Assembly (NCBI GenBank): GCA_965644295.1
Contig: CBFFRP010000182.1
Span: 124,001-188,000 of the forward strand
Reading direction: 5' to 3'
DNA: 64,000 bases
Source: Paraphysomonas bandaiensis
Lineage: Eukaryota > Protista > Chrysophyceae
Shown here: piece after piece, positions 52,595 to 64,000 of the stretch
Position numbering within the stretch: the first letter of the stretch is position 1
Layout: every line of letters starts with the position of its first letter
Program-made: the position numbers and the translations under genes
Notes under the pieces: model-generated
Told to the model about the DNA's origin: nothing
What the model saw: the letters and a program-made list of their open reading frames with translations, nothing else
Databases searched by the model: none

Positions 52595-53719
52595 CTACGG
52601 GAGGGATGCCGTTTCCAGATTATCTAGCACTCTCTCATGAAATGCAGCTGTGCTCGTCGTATGGTCAGAATAAGAAATACTATACATGTCATACGATCGC
52701 ATAGAAATATTAGATTCTAACGAATGGCTTCTCATATTTCTATTATGTTCACGTACACGAGAAGCGGAGAGTTCAGAGATTTGGTAGACCAGTTCTAAAG
52801 AGTTATCATCTTGGTAATCCCTTCGATGCCTCAAATTTACAAATCTTGCTGCAGTAAGCACAGGTACGGCAATCGTAGCTGCAGCAAGTCCGGTTCCCAC
52901 AGCAGCACATCCTAGACCAATCATTGCACCAACTCCAGCAAAGGCGATGGGAGCACAGAGACTTTTTCTTAATCCGCGAGTGAGAGTAGATTCGCCCCAT
53001 GCTCTGTGCTTCCATGTGCCTAACATATAGCATCTCTTACCTCCATAACAAGAGGCATAATCCATCCCACATCGCCAGCAGAATTCATGGTGACAAAATG
53101 TGCAAGTCATATGTCTACATCCACCATCTTTTTCTATATATGATCGACATGATGGACATCGTTTGCATCCTTGCCTTGTTGATTTCTTCCATTGTCGAAA
53201 GCTGTTTTCTTCAACACGAGAACAGTTTATGATACGTGAGTGACTACTACGACATTTTATACAAAAATTTAATTGACATATTGAACAATATGCTCTGTAT
53301 CTTGAGACTCTTGTTGCAATAGATGAACACATTAGATTAGGACACCATATTTGATTGGAATCATTTAAAACTTGTACATTCTTTAAAAAATAATGATATT
53401 TTGTAAGTAATTCTTGTTCATTTTTCAATGTTTCTTTAATAAAATCAAACTGGAAATTAGATTTACAGTTTTTATCTGAACACATACAGCGAATTGATCC
53501 ATCAATATGAATTCTTGATGAATTTATTTCTGTTTGTAAGTATGAATGAAGACAATTATTACATACACCATTCGATCCATCATCATCTCCATATAGTGTT
53601 GGACATGCTGACCATCTAATATCTATAATATTGGTATTATTACAGCATATTGAACATTCTATTTCATCATATGAGGTGGTTGAATTATCCATATTACGAT
53701 TGTTATCAATATCAGTCAT
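52595..53719 (-). CDS. RBR (RING1-IBR-RING2) E3 ubiquitin ligase with a C-terminal hydrophobic segment
   Basis: IWCPNLMC...CSICQLNFCIKCRSSH; KRCPSCRSYIEKDGGCRHMTCTFCHHEFCWRC. Confidence 0.93.
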   Translation of the reverse strand: MTDIDNNRNMDNSTTSYDEIECSICCNNTNIIDIRWSACPTLYGDDDGSNGVCNNCLHSYLQTEINSSRIHIDGSIRCMCSDKNCKSNFQFDFIKETLKNEQELLTKYHYFLKNVQVLNDSNQIWCPNLMCSSIATRVSRYRAYCSICQLNFCIKCRSSHSRIINCSRVEENSFRQWKKSTRQGCKRCPSCRSYIEKDGGCRHMTCTFCHHEFCWRCGMDYASCYGGKRCYMLGTWKHRAWGESTLTRGLRKSLCAPIAFAGVGAMIGLGCAAVGTGLAAATIAVPVLTAARFVNLRHRRDYQDDNSLELVYQISELSASRVREHNRNMRSHSLESNISMRSYDMYSISYSDHTTSTAAFHERVLDNLETASLP

Positions 53720-55426
53720 TGTTATGAATGTATGTGTTAATAGGATGAGTTTATATTGATGTCATGTATGGATCCTTCCGCTGTTTATATGAAGCAATAT
53801 CTTGGGTTTTACTGGTTTTATGGTAAATTTCTGGGATATTTTCACATCTGGAAATGGGATAAGTGATATTTTTCCTTCCTAGAAATTTCCATCACATTCT
53901 CTTAAGTGTACGAAGTCTACCTCATGTACAGCAATGCAAGTACAGTGTGCTGTACTTATACAAGTGTACTGCTGTACTCTAACGTACTTTTATACGACGT
54001 TACGGAGAGCGATGTTCACGCACTTAGACAGTTTGATCTAGACATTCGCATTGTATCTTTACAGTTCCTCTGCCTTTAACTCAAATCTTCATATATCTAT
54101 GCACTTTACAACTCTATGACGTTACTAGTTAAGTATCCGTTGGAATGCTGTCGTAACCTGACTTCCAACTCAGTCTTCTCGTTGCAATTATACTGCGATT
54201 GTAAACAGTCGTCGGTTTTTATTATGAATTGCTTGAACTGCGTGATTAATACCTAACATAGTCAATGTATTAGCCCCATATTATTATAGGACATTGTGTG
54301 GCTTACAGGGACATTCATATTGCACAGAGATCAATATGAATGGACATTATCTCATCCACTATGATATATGACTTAAGACTTAACATAGGCATATCGCTAT
54401 ACTACATAGCCAACCTTCACGACATCTCATATTACACAGTCTACTTCCTGTGCTCTCTGTATTTGGTTGTTTTATACGCCCTGGTTCTACACTGTAGTCT
54501 ATATTACTGTTTATCCAACGCCCCCCTGCATGCAATTTGCTCTCTCTGTGAGCCATACATAGCTAGTCCTTGATAATACGTGGCTATAATAGTGGCTATT
54601 TGAAGGAATTAAATGCATAGTTCTAACACTTTATAATAATAACGGGGATTCTTTTCAATCGCAGGACAATTGTAACGAGAAGGCATAGCAGGAAGTAAGC
54701 TTACCGCAACATTCCAACCTCATATTACACAACGTTATTGCGCGTAACATATAACATACATCAGGACTAGGTAGACCGTATAAAATACCCTCTATATTGT
54801 TACTCTTGAGCTATCTCAAATCAATATATCGTAACTTCTACACACAGAGTTGCAATGGATGCTCATTTTCATCAAGTACATCTATAATCTATATATCTAT
54901 ATAAGAATTGATAAGTAATCAACCACACGCAAAACATATGGTTCGTGTATTCGAACTAAGCACACATAAAAGCAGCGTAGACGCAAAGACGTAGGTTATG
55001 GGGAATTAAGGATGTAAACATGGACCTACTATAGAATCTGCGCGAATTACATAGATAAGCTTGCATAGCTAATGATAGCGAAGGTGAACACGGGTGGGGC
55101 GGAAAATGCGCGTGATCTATGGTAAAGTAATGCAGGGGAGTGGTAGAATCAGCGCATAATCTCGGTGTTATATGTGGTGAACCAGCGAGCCTACATTATG
55201 GCCACGCTCTCGGAGCGGGACAGAAGGCCCAAAGGTATGATACACATACTAATCGATGCCTTACTAGTATTAACATATATCTAAAAGCAAGCTTCATCAA
55301 ATGCAATATGCAAATTCCCAAAGGCAGTGAATAGTGTAACGTATACCATAAGCGTTTAATGACACTTGAGTTCAATACAGTAAACGTTTTAAACACATTG
55401 CACATGACTTCAAAGCAGTACGCAGT

Positions 55427-56306
55427 CTATTTGGTTTTAGAGCTGGACAAAGAAACTTTAATAGCTTCATATTCGTCAACAGGTGGATAGCTCAACTCTG
55501 TTGAAACAGTTACGTACCGTGTTTGCACCACATTCATTAATAAGATTTACCTGAGTAATCCCGCACACATAACCATCTCATAACAGGATGAGAGCATATC
55601 CGTGATATATACTTACAGAGTATACGACTACATATTAAGTCCCACACCACTGCAGCCAGAACTCCGATAGCGGCTCCAACATATATCTAAAGGAAGTGAG
55701 AGAAAAACAGAAAATATTGAATAGTCCTACCTGATCCGGGTAGTGATATCCCAGGTAGTACCTGTCACTATTGAGTTAGAATTAGAAACTCTGTTGTATG
55801 AGTTTAGCACCTGGAATAGCACACAGCAAAGGCGAGCACAAAGTTTCCGGTAGCATACAGAAAACGATAATACCACTTCAACTTTGAGCATCTTCGAATA
55901 AGGTGAATAACATATATTCCACAAAAAAATGCAATGAATTGTGAGTGATTAGATGGCATACCCTCGTCATCCAGTCCACTAAATAGAATACATTATACAT
56001 AGCAATATACATCTAAGCTACATGTTACCATGCTGCAGGACGTGGATCAGATATAACTTTCTTGAGAATTAAGTTAATAGTAAGATTAATAAATTGGCCG
56101 AATACGACATAAACAGTTTGAATATCTCTCCTATACATAACACATTGTTATACGTGATATGTATGTTATATAGAGTACCTAGTTGCTAATAGTGTGGCAT
56201 ACATGACCATAATATATATTGGAGAGAGTGTAACAAGTGCAAGTAATTTGCCGATAATGTCACCATCATGATACTGTACATGCGTTAAACTAAATGACTT
56301 TAGCAT
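55427..56306 (-). CDS. DOLPP1: Dolichyl-diphosphatase (PAP2 family), multi-exon; largely missed by the ORF track
   Basis: Manual translation: MLKSFSLTHVQYHDGDIIGKLLALVTLSPIYI...LKKVISDPRP...GMPSNHSQF...CYSR...IYLRY. Confidence 0.85.
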
Positions 56307-56529
56307 TCTATCAGTATGTATATCTGTCTATGTATGTATGTATGGCAATTGAAAGAAATGAAATATGAAACTTATCTCTACTCTGATTAGAAGGGTTGTG
56401 GTTAATAGAGATGAGATGATGTCTTGTCATGGTAATAGAAGCAAAGACTTATAACTTTAACTATGAGATGCTGTGATGACCAATCATAATTCAATAACTC
56501 CGTTTAGACGTAATTCATTCGTAGTTGTT

Positions 56530-56997
56530 AGCCTACTTACCTACTTACCTACCTACCTACCTACATACATACATACATACATACATACATACCTACCTAC
56601 CTACATACATACATACATACATACATACATACATACATACATACATACATACATACATACATACATACATACATACATACATACATACATACATACATAC
56701 ATACATACCTACCTACCTACCTACATACATACATACATACATACATACCTACCTACCTACCTACCTACCTACCTACATACCTACCTACCTACCTACCTAC
56801 CTACCTACCTACCTACCTACATACATACATACATACATACATACATACATACATACATACATACATACATACATACATACATACATACATACATACATAC
56901 ATACATACATACATACATACATACATACATACATACATACATACATACATACATAGGAACATACATACATACATACATACATACATACATACATACA
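56530..56997. repeat. (ATAC/CTAC)n microsatellite
   Basis: Read directly from the sequence. Confidence 0.99.
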
Positions 56998-57962
56998 GCC
57001 GGAAAGAAGAAATGTGACTCGGTGGTCTTCAGCATACAACATGCTGGTTAAATACGTAAAACTGCATCCTTTTCTTGGTGAATGTAATTTCCCGAGAACC
57101 CTGGAAGATAAGATTCTTACTCCAGCTAATTTCGAGATCTGAAATAATATTTGACGCAACTTGAAAAGTTGCAAAGTGTTACGCTGGCTTTACAAAGAGA
57201 TGGAACCAATTACTACCAAGCCCGCCAGTTATTTGATATGTTGCTACAAGAATTTCCAGAGCTGCATCCATACCTTTCCCCAAATGCAAGCATTGTTGCC
57301 AGTGCAAATTTTGAGAAGGCAGTGGCTAAAATTCAAGGGAACGATGAAAGAGAGTTGACAGGCAATGAGAAAAGAGCAGTTAGACATTTGCAACTGGATT
57401 CGTCCATGGAGGTTGGTGTACCCGACAGAAATAACGAGGACGAGAGTGAAGGAACTGATTTTGCACAGCGTGTTCTAGACAGCGCCGAGGTCACCAAGAG
57501 AGCTCGACTTGGTACCTATGAGTCCAACTACCGCTGCTTGCTTCATATTGAAGCACAATCTAATGTTGTTGAGAGGCTCTTTAGTCGTGCAAAGTTGATT
57601 ATGACACCTGAGCGTAGAAGCATGAATCCATATCGTCTAGAATCGTTGCTATTCCTACGAGCCAATTACATGTTGTGGGATGTTTATACCCTCCATGAAG
57701 CCCTGCAAGAAGATCCTGATGTGCCAGTAGAGAGCGAGAAGTAGTTAAAATTTGTAGTCTGCTATTTAACTAAAAATTTGTAATTAAGGGAGCACAACAC
57801 TATCTATTATCTATTACATGAGTGGTGTTATCTACTTTAAGTTAGAAGGTATTAATGGCCATTAATGGCCATTATAGTTGCCGGGACTTTTTTCATTAAT
57901 GCCATTATAATTGCCGGGAACTGGACTACCATTAATGGGCCATTAATGGTTACCAGGCCCTG
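56998..57962 (+). mobile_element. 3' half of a hAT transposon (pseudogenised transposase + right TIR)
   Basis: NVTRWSSAYNML; QSNVVERLFSRAK...RRSMNPYRLESLLFL (hATC); cattaatgg subterminal repeats; end ttaccaggccctg. Confidence 0.9.
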
Positions 57963-57990
57963 GATATTAGAAGTTACACTAAGAAATTCA

Positions 57991-59091
57991 CTAACCATCA
58001 CTTATAGCAAGGGTTACAATTACTCTAACTATAGACAAACTTATAGCGAGAGCAATTCCCATTCCTCTATTTCTTAGTTCTGATTTCGTTAAATGTACAC
58101 CAGCGGTCTTAAATTGTATCGGAAACGCCAGCAAAACCTGGATAGTATCATGCCTATTTATTTCTTTACTGGACATAGCTGGCCACTTTGCCGATGCCAG
58201 TGTTCGATGCAATTGAGTCGCAAGGATATTAACTTGTAAAATTTCTGGGCATATGAATCCAAGAAACATAGCATCTGGAACACAGATCAATACCACAACG
58301 AAAAGAACAAACGCAACAGCATAACTGACACTATGATTATCAATAGCACCATTGTAATGAAATGCTACAATGATGATACACAATGCATCACACAGCATTC
58401 CAATTAACAATAAGCCATGAATCCAAAATGATTTCTCTGCGATACTTTCGATCCGTGCTTGTGTACGTGTATACACAGATGGGCTGAGCGTACCATCTGA
58501 AGCGGATGCAATTAAGGACTGGGTGAGTCTTTGAGCATGACGCGCATCTGCAATAGTAACTAACACAACTGTTGCCATATACCCTGTAAATGCGTATGAT
58601 CCTAAATAGAAAGTAACCGCAGCCGCATTCGGATAATACGCGACATAAAAACTTAAAGCGAAAATATTAGCAAATTCAGTCACAAAGAAGTATAACTTAG
58701 AAGAATCCATTGATGTATAAAGTTCTTCAATAAAAACAGAATCAACCTCTGATTGAAAATGTTTTCTAATTGTAATTATTGCAACACGTAAAGCGATGCA
58801 TTTTAAGAGAGTTATAAACTGAAGAACCCACCAATACTCTGTTGCATCATAATATACAGCGAGAATACCAGCCAATAAAAAGAAGAATGTATAACATAAA
58901 AGTGAAAAACTAATAAAATAGTGCCATAATAATACAGGCAGAGAATAGTCGTGACGAGATGGACGATAAGATCCAAACAAATTAAGATAAAATAATATAT
59001 CAGATGATTCTGATAGAAGAGTTTGTTGAAGAGATGGACCGGTTAGAGACAATGGTTTGTCCATCTGATGAGTGGGGTCTTCTTCTGGCAT
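57991..59091 (-). CDS. Intronless ~366-aa multi-pass membrane protein, GR-like/7TMIC candidate
   Basis: About 7 hydrophobic segments; C-terminal FPIQFKTAGVHLTKSEL before the last helix; likely start MPEED at 59091. Confidence 0.7.
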   Translation of the reverse strand: MPEEDPTHQMDKPLSLTGPSLQQTLLSESSDILFYLNLFGSYRPSRHDYSLPVLLWHYFISFSLLCYTFFFLLAGILAVYYDATEYWWVLQFITLLKCIALRVAIITIRKHFQSEVDSVFIEELYTSMDSSKLYFFVTEFANIFALSFYVAYYPNAAAVTFYLGSYAFTGYMATVVLVTIADARHAQRLTQSLIASASDGTLSPSVYTRTQARIESIAEKSFWIHGLLLIGMLCDALCIIIVAFHYNGAIDNHSVSYAVAFVLFVVVLICVPDAMFLGFICPEILQVNILATQLHRTLASAKWPAMSSKEINRHDTIQVLLAFPIQFKTAGVHLTKSELRNRGMGIALAISLSIVRVIVTLAISDG

Positions 59092-59139
59092 TAGACTCAC
59101 CGTTATGATGAGGAGGATAATGATGCATGTCCACACTAT

Positions 59140-60091
59140 CATACATACATACATACATACATACATACATACATACATACATACATACATACATACATAC
59201 ATACATACATACATACATACATACATACATACATACATACATACATACATACATACATACATACATACATACATACATACATACATACATACATACATAC
59301 ATACATACATACATACATACATACATACATACATACATACATACATACATACATACATACATACATACATACATACATACATACATACATACATACATAC
59401 ATACATACATACATACATACATACATACATACATACATACATACATACATACATACATACATACATACATACATACATACATACATACATACATACATAC
59501 ATACATACATACATACATACATACATACATACATACATACATACATACATACATACATACATACATACATACATACATACATACATACATACATACATAC
59601 ATACATACATACATACATACATTTACAAACATACATACATACATACATACATACATACATACATACATACATACATACATACATACATACATACATACAT
59701 ACATACAGACATACATACATACATACATACATACATACATACATACAGACATACATACAGACATACATACATACATACATACATACATACATACATACAT
59801 ACATACATACATACATACATACATACATACATACATACATACATACATACATACATACATACATACATACATACATACATACATACATACATACATACAT
59901 ACATACATACATACATACATACATACATACATACATACATACATACATACATACATACATACATACATACATACATACATACATACATACATACATACAT
60001 ACATACATACATACATACATACATACATACATACATACATACATACATACATACATACATACATACATACATACATACATACATACATACG

Positions 60092-60122
<31 letters not shown>

Positions 60123-60272
60123 CATACATACATACATACATACATACATACATACATACATACATACATACATACATACATACATACATACATACATACA
60201 TACATACATACATACATACATACATACATACATACATACATACATACATACATACATACATACATACATACA
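59140..60272. repeat. (ATAC)n microsatellite, about 1.13 kb
   Basis: Read directly from the sequence. Confidence 0.99.
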
Positions 60273-60390
60273 TGGACTATAGCAATTGCTGTATTATTAA
60301 TAGGTCTCTGCATTATAAGTATTTTAATAATCCAATAACGGTAACCCCAATTCAGCCGCTTTACTCCACCTAGTGGACACTTTATCCTCA

Positions 60391-61223
60391 ATGAATTTTA
60401 ACTCCTCTCAGCAGAGGATGAACGCTAACTTCTCTAAACAGGTACACTCTGCTATATATTCACATACATACATACATACATGTATGTGTATAGCCTCTAC
60501 ACTTATATATATATTCTATATGCTCTATATCATGTATGTATGTATGTATACGTGTGTGTGCTCTATATACATCTATATACACTGATGTATATGTATGCAA
60601 TATGTGTGTATGCCATATATATGAGAGAGATACATACATATGTAGATACACATATATGCCTATATATACCTAACATATTGTGTTTATAGTTTAAGAGTCG
60701 ACGACAAGTAGAAAGTGAACCCAAAACAATGGTATGTCAGAAATGTCTTGGTGTGGGTCACTGGACATATCAATGCAAAGCCACACGAGCATATGTACAT
60801 CGAGAGTCACGATCGAAAGCTTTATTTGAAAATCAGGAGAAGGTTTTTAATTTAGATCTTCCTCCTGGGGAGACTAGAATTGAAAGTCCTACTGAGGAGA
60901 ATATTAAACATCTAAGAAAGAAGCGTCGCTTAGATAATGGACGACCGTCACGACGACGAAGGTCTCGATCTTCATCGTCCTCTTCTTCCTCATCGTCCTC
61001 TTCATCATCGTCTTCGTCCTCATCATCTTCTTCTTCATCATCATCTTCGTCCTCATCATCTTCTTCTTCGTCGTCCTCATCATCTTCTTCTTCGTCGTCG
61101 TCGTCATCGTCTTCTTCTTCTTCATCGTCTTCTTCTTCATCATCGTCTTCTTCCTCATCATCTTCTTCCTCTTATTCCAGTAGGTCGTCATCATCGAGTA
61201 GTTTTTCGTCAAGGAGTAGCTAG
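60391..61223 (+). CDS. ZCCHC10-like zinc-knuckle protein with a poly-Ser tail, 2 exons
   Basis: CQKCLGVGHWTYQC...YVHRESRS; intron ~60442-60689 joins the exons in frame; long Ser run. Confidence 0.85.
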
Positions 61224-61427
61224 GTATTCGTACTAGTTTGTTGATGCCTATTAGTAATTTCACTGATGGACCATATCATTGTAGTATTAATGACAGTGTT
61301 ATGAAGGGTTATGTGTATTTCATACGGTACACAGTACAGGGTACAGGTTAACTACTCACCAATACACCACAACTGCGATTTCTGTTGTTGCTGTTATCTG
61401 CAATTTTACGACTACTATGTATTGCAG

Positions 61428-61462
61428 TAATGGCCATTACCATTAATGGTTACCAGGCCCTG
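61428..61462 (+). mobile_element. Orphan hAT right end
   Basis: ccattaatggttaccaggccctg is identical to 57940-57962. Confidence 0.8.
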
Positions 61463-61549
61463 AAGCAAAGTATTTACTTACGATACTATTATCCATTTTA
61501 CTATATATCTTAATGCTTCAATGCACGGTGGTTACAACTACTAACACAT

Positions 61550-61884
61550 TATTGAATGTCTTTTTATTTAGCAATAGGCGTTAAAAACTCGTTCCGATTT
61601 AGTGGCTAGTTGAATACTAGTCTACTAGTTAGACCTCTACCCATAACTAATCAGCACAAATTCTAGTATCCTACTATTTAACGCTACAGAAGCTGCTTGT
61701 GCGTCGCCGCAAGCACCAAGGTGCAACCACTTCCGTTCTTGATGTTGTGTGTGAGTTCGCCCTGCTCGTGTGTCTGAGGACTCACTGGCGCGTGTTGTCC
61801 GGGGGTCTCCCCTTGGGATAAGGTTCCGCCTGGCTCTGAGGTACCGGGTTCTGTATTAAGGTCCTGAGTGTACCGAGCACTAGA
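61550..61884 (-). mobile_element. Heavily 5'-truncated LINE copy (same family as 25791-30237) with an 11-bp TSD
   Basis: Aligns with 25794-26130; TSD TACTAACACAT at 61539-61549 and 61885-61895. Confidence 0.92.
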
Positions 61885-62209
61885 TACTAACACATAAACA
61901 TTTCAAAATAATGAAACTATTACGACCTTATGTGAGCATATTCGTAGTTAGAAATAGGTAAATTTCCATCTATAAATCCTGTATATAGCTGCAGTTCTTT
62001 GCTGCAAAATATGTACACTATTTTAATGATATCCATAGCGGTAAGTCAAATATCTCTAGAAAATTATCAAAAGAATTCTATCTCAGTATTTTTATGAACA
62101 AAAACTTATTTCAGCATTATAAACCAGCAGTTCTACTGAGGAATGAATGTGAACTCATAGTATGAACAATTAGCTGCAGTGTTCAATTAATACAACCAAC
62201 ACCACCATT

Positions 62210-63373
62210 TCACGCAATATCAGCATCGTCATCGGAATACATGTCCTGCGTATCATCACTCTCAGGATCCATGCTTTCAATGCTACAGAGACTTGAGGTC
62301 CTTCTATCCCGTGCTCGACGAACTTCCGCTGTGGTGCTTGAGAGCTGCATCTGTAGCCGTCGCACAGTTTCTTCTAAAGTCTCGGATTTGTGCTTTTCAA
62401 CAAGAAGTTCACTCTCCAGTTGCTAAAACCAACATATTAGTACGGTATATTAGTACATGCGGAGTACCTCAATTCGTTTCATTGCGTATTCCTGGAGCTG
62501 CGACATTCGTGCAGACATTTCTTCGACCATTGCATTCGCTCTGCTTTCATATTCTTCATTCTTAGACTTCAGCTTTTTAATTTCTTCTTTGTGTTTAGCG
62601 GTCTTGTTGTACTCCTTTTCGCTGGTGTGCATGCGGTTGAGGTTCAGTGTGGATTCAAGTTCCGCAACCCGCTGGCATAAGATATCATTCATGAAAGCCC
62701 AGGATTGGTTTTCTTCAAGGCTCATTTTAGCACTTTCCAGAGATTGCGACATAGCCTTCTGCGTTTGAGTTAATGCACCATGAAGTGACATATTTTGTTC
62801 TTCCAATTCTGTCAATCGGCGCCGTAAATTGATTGTCTCTTCATCAGGTGTCGCAGCATCATACTGCGCTCGATTATCAGTATATTCTGATTTAAGCTTC
62901 TTACAGCGAACTGGTGTATTCTCTGGACTGAAGTCATCGTTAGCAGTTACATATCCTTCGATTATAGAGCTTCTTCTACTGGTCTCTGATTTGTATTGTG
63001 GTGTTGATTGTGTGGATGATTGAGACCCCTCATCTGATCGATCATGTGAGATTGATAACTCATTAAAGTCTTTCGTAAGATTTGATTCTGTATGACGTCT
63101 CTCATTTGGATTATTATTCTCTGTTTCATGTCGTTGTAATTTACATGACTTATGAGTGGCTGTAGTCACACATGGAGTGCCTGTATATGACTGTGTTTTC
63201 TTAAATGTACATTGAGAGGAATCAAAATACTTCATCTTTCTTCTTGTTCTTTTATTTTGATTGGTTCTTGTGTTGGATGGAGCAGATGTTGAATTTTCTG
63301 CTTTTTTCGATTGTTTTAATGCTTGCCATAACTTGAGTCGTTCGGCTCGTGTGAGTGTGGGAGAGGAGCTCAT
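62210..63373 (-). CDS. Hypothetical coiled-coil protein, 2 exons
   Basis: 307-aa ORF with heptad-rich C-terminal half; second exon ends ...DDADIA*. Confidence 0.75.
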
Positions 63374-64000
63374 AGTTACTTATATAAGATCGTACAAGGT
63401 GTTATATATTATAGGATAGAAGATATATTCATTACAATATGAAATATAATGCAATATAATAGTTATCAAGTGATAGTTTATGTTCTATTGATTGCTTGGT
63501 GCATATATATATATATACACAGATGTCTCTATAGATCACTGCATTGATTGCATTGCAACAAACACTCGAATTAATTTCAACGGCCAGATTTCACATACAC
63601 AGCAACTTATGAAAGGTACACATATTACAAAATCGTGAAATATTGTGTCAGAACATCACAATATAAGGTTTTTTTCATAAAAGTGGTAGTTTATATATAG
63701 TCCCTAGGATTTTTTATTATAAAAACTCGATCATTGGAGGAATTTTAGGACATCCATACAATGTACGTCAGGATCTTAGAGGACATATTTGCTGTGTTGT
63801 TATGGTGCTTGCAAGCAGCAGTATGCATGCATGTATATATATGCATGTATCTCCACTAATCACAATATTATCATCCTATCTACTCATACTACTCTTCCAT
63901 ATGAATAATATCCCTCTCTCACCATATATTGATCTTAATCAATCCTCTGTTGTCTCTGATGTTCTCCATATCTATCAAACAGGGTGTCCAGTCATACTAG

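Noticed and set aside
22518-60373. Long MYVC/YIHT repeat ORFs
   Set aside because: Translation artefacts of stop-free (ATAC)n/(TATG)n microsatellites; the real NF-YC and 7TM starts are 33162 and 59091
60904-61263. Lys/Met-rich and His/Leu-rich alternative ORFs
   Set aside because: Off-frame and antisense readings of the poly-Ser (TCN)n tract
57940-61462. Composite hAT transposon carrying the 7TM and ZCCHC10-like genes
   Set aside because: Both ends are right ends in the same orientation and share no TSD

Overview
This is eukaryotic nuclear DNA from a compact, intron-rich protist genome. A phagotrophic stramenopile such as a chrysophyte is likely, but that is an inference from gene style and content. 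Host genes: amino-acid transporter, secreted PT-repeat protein, RhoGAP/FAM13-like, CWC27, RsmG, NF-YC, hybrid histidine kinase, CUE-PDZ-PX-VPS9 protein, IBA57, CWC25, RNF32-like, LYR protein, mS35, RBR ligase, DOLPP1, a GR-like 7TM protein and a ZCCHC10-like protein. Repeats include a Copia 3' end, RNase H-bearing LINEs with TSDs, hAT elements and long (ATAC)n arrays at divergent promoters. The main finding is a ~5.5 kb block of bacterial DNA (~5616-11161, probably Legionellales-like). It carries an intact repeat-containing effector-like gene, a HicAB-like pair, an MqsRA toxin-antitoxin pair and IS remnants. It lies inside a decayed Mutator-like element bounded by ~115-bp inverted repeats (5446-14015). 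An uninterrupted copy of the insertion site occurs at ~47876-48010, which argues for real integration rather than simple contamination; read-level confirmation is still needed. Boundaries of intron-containing genes were read by eye and are approximate.
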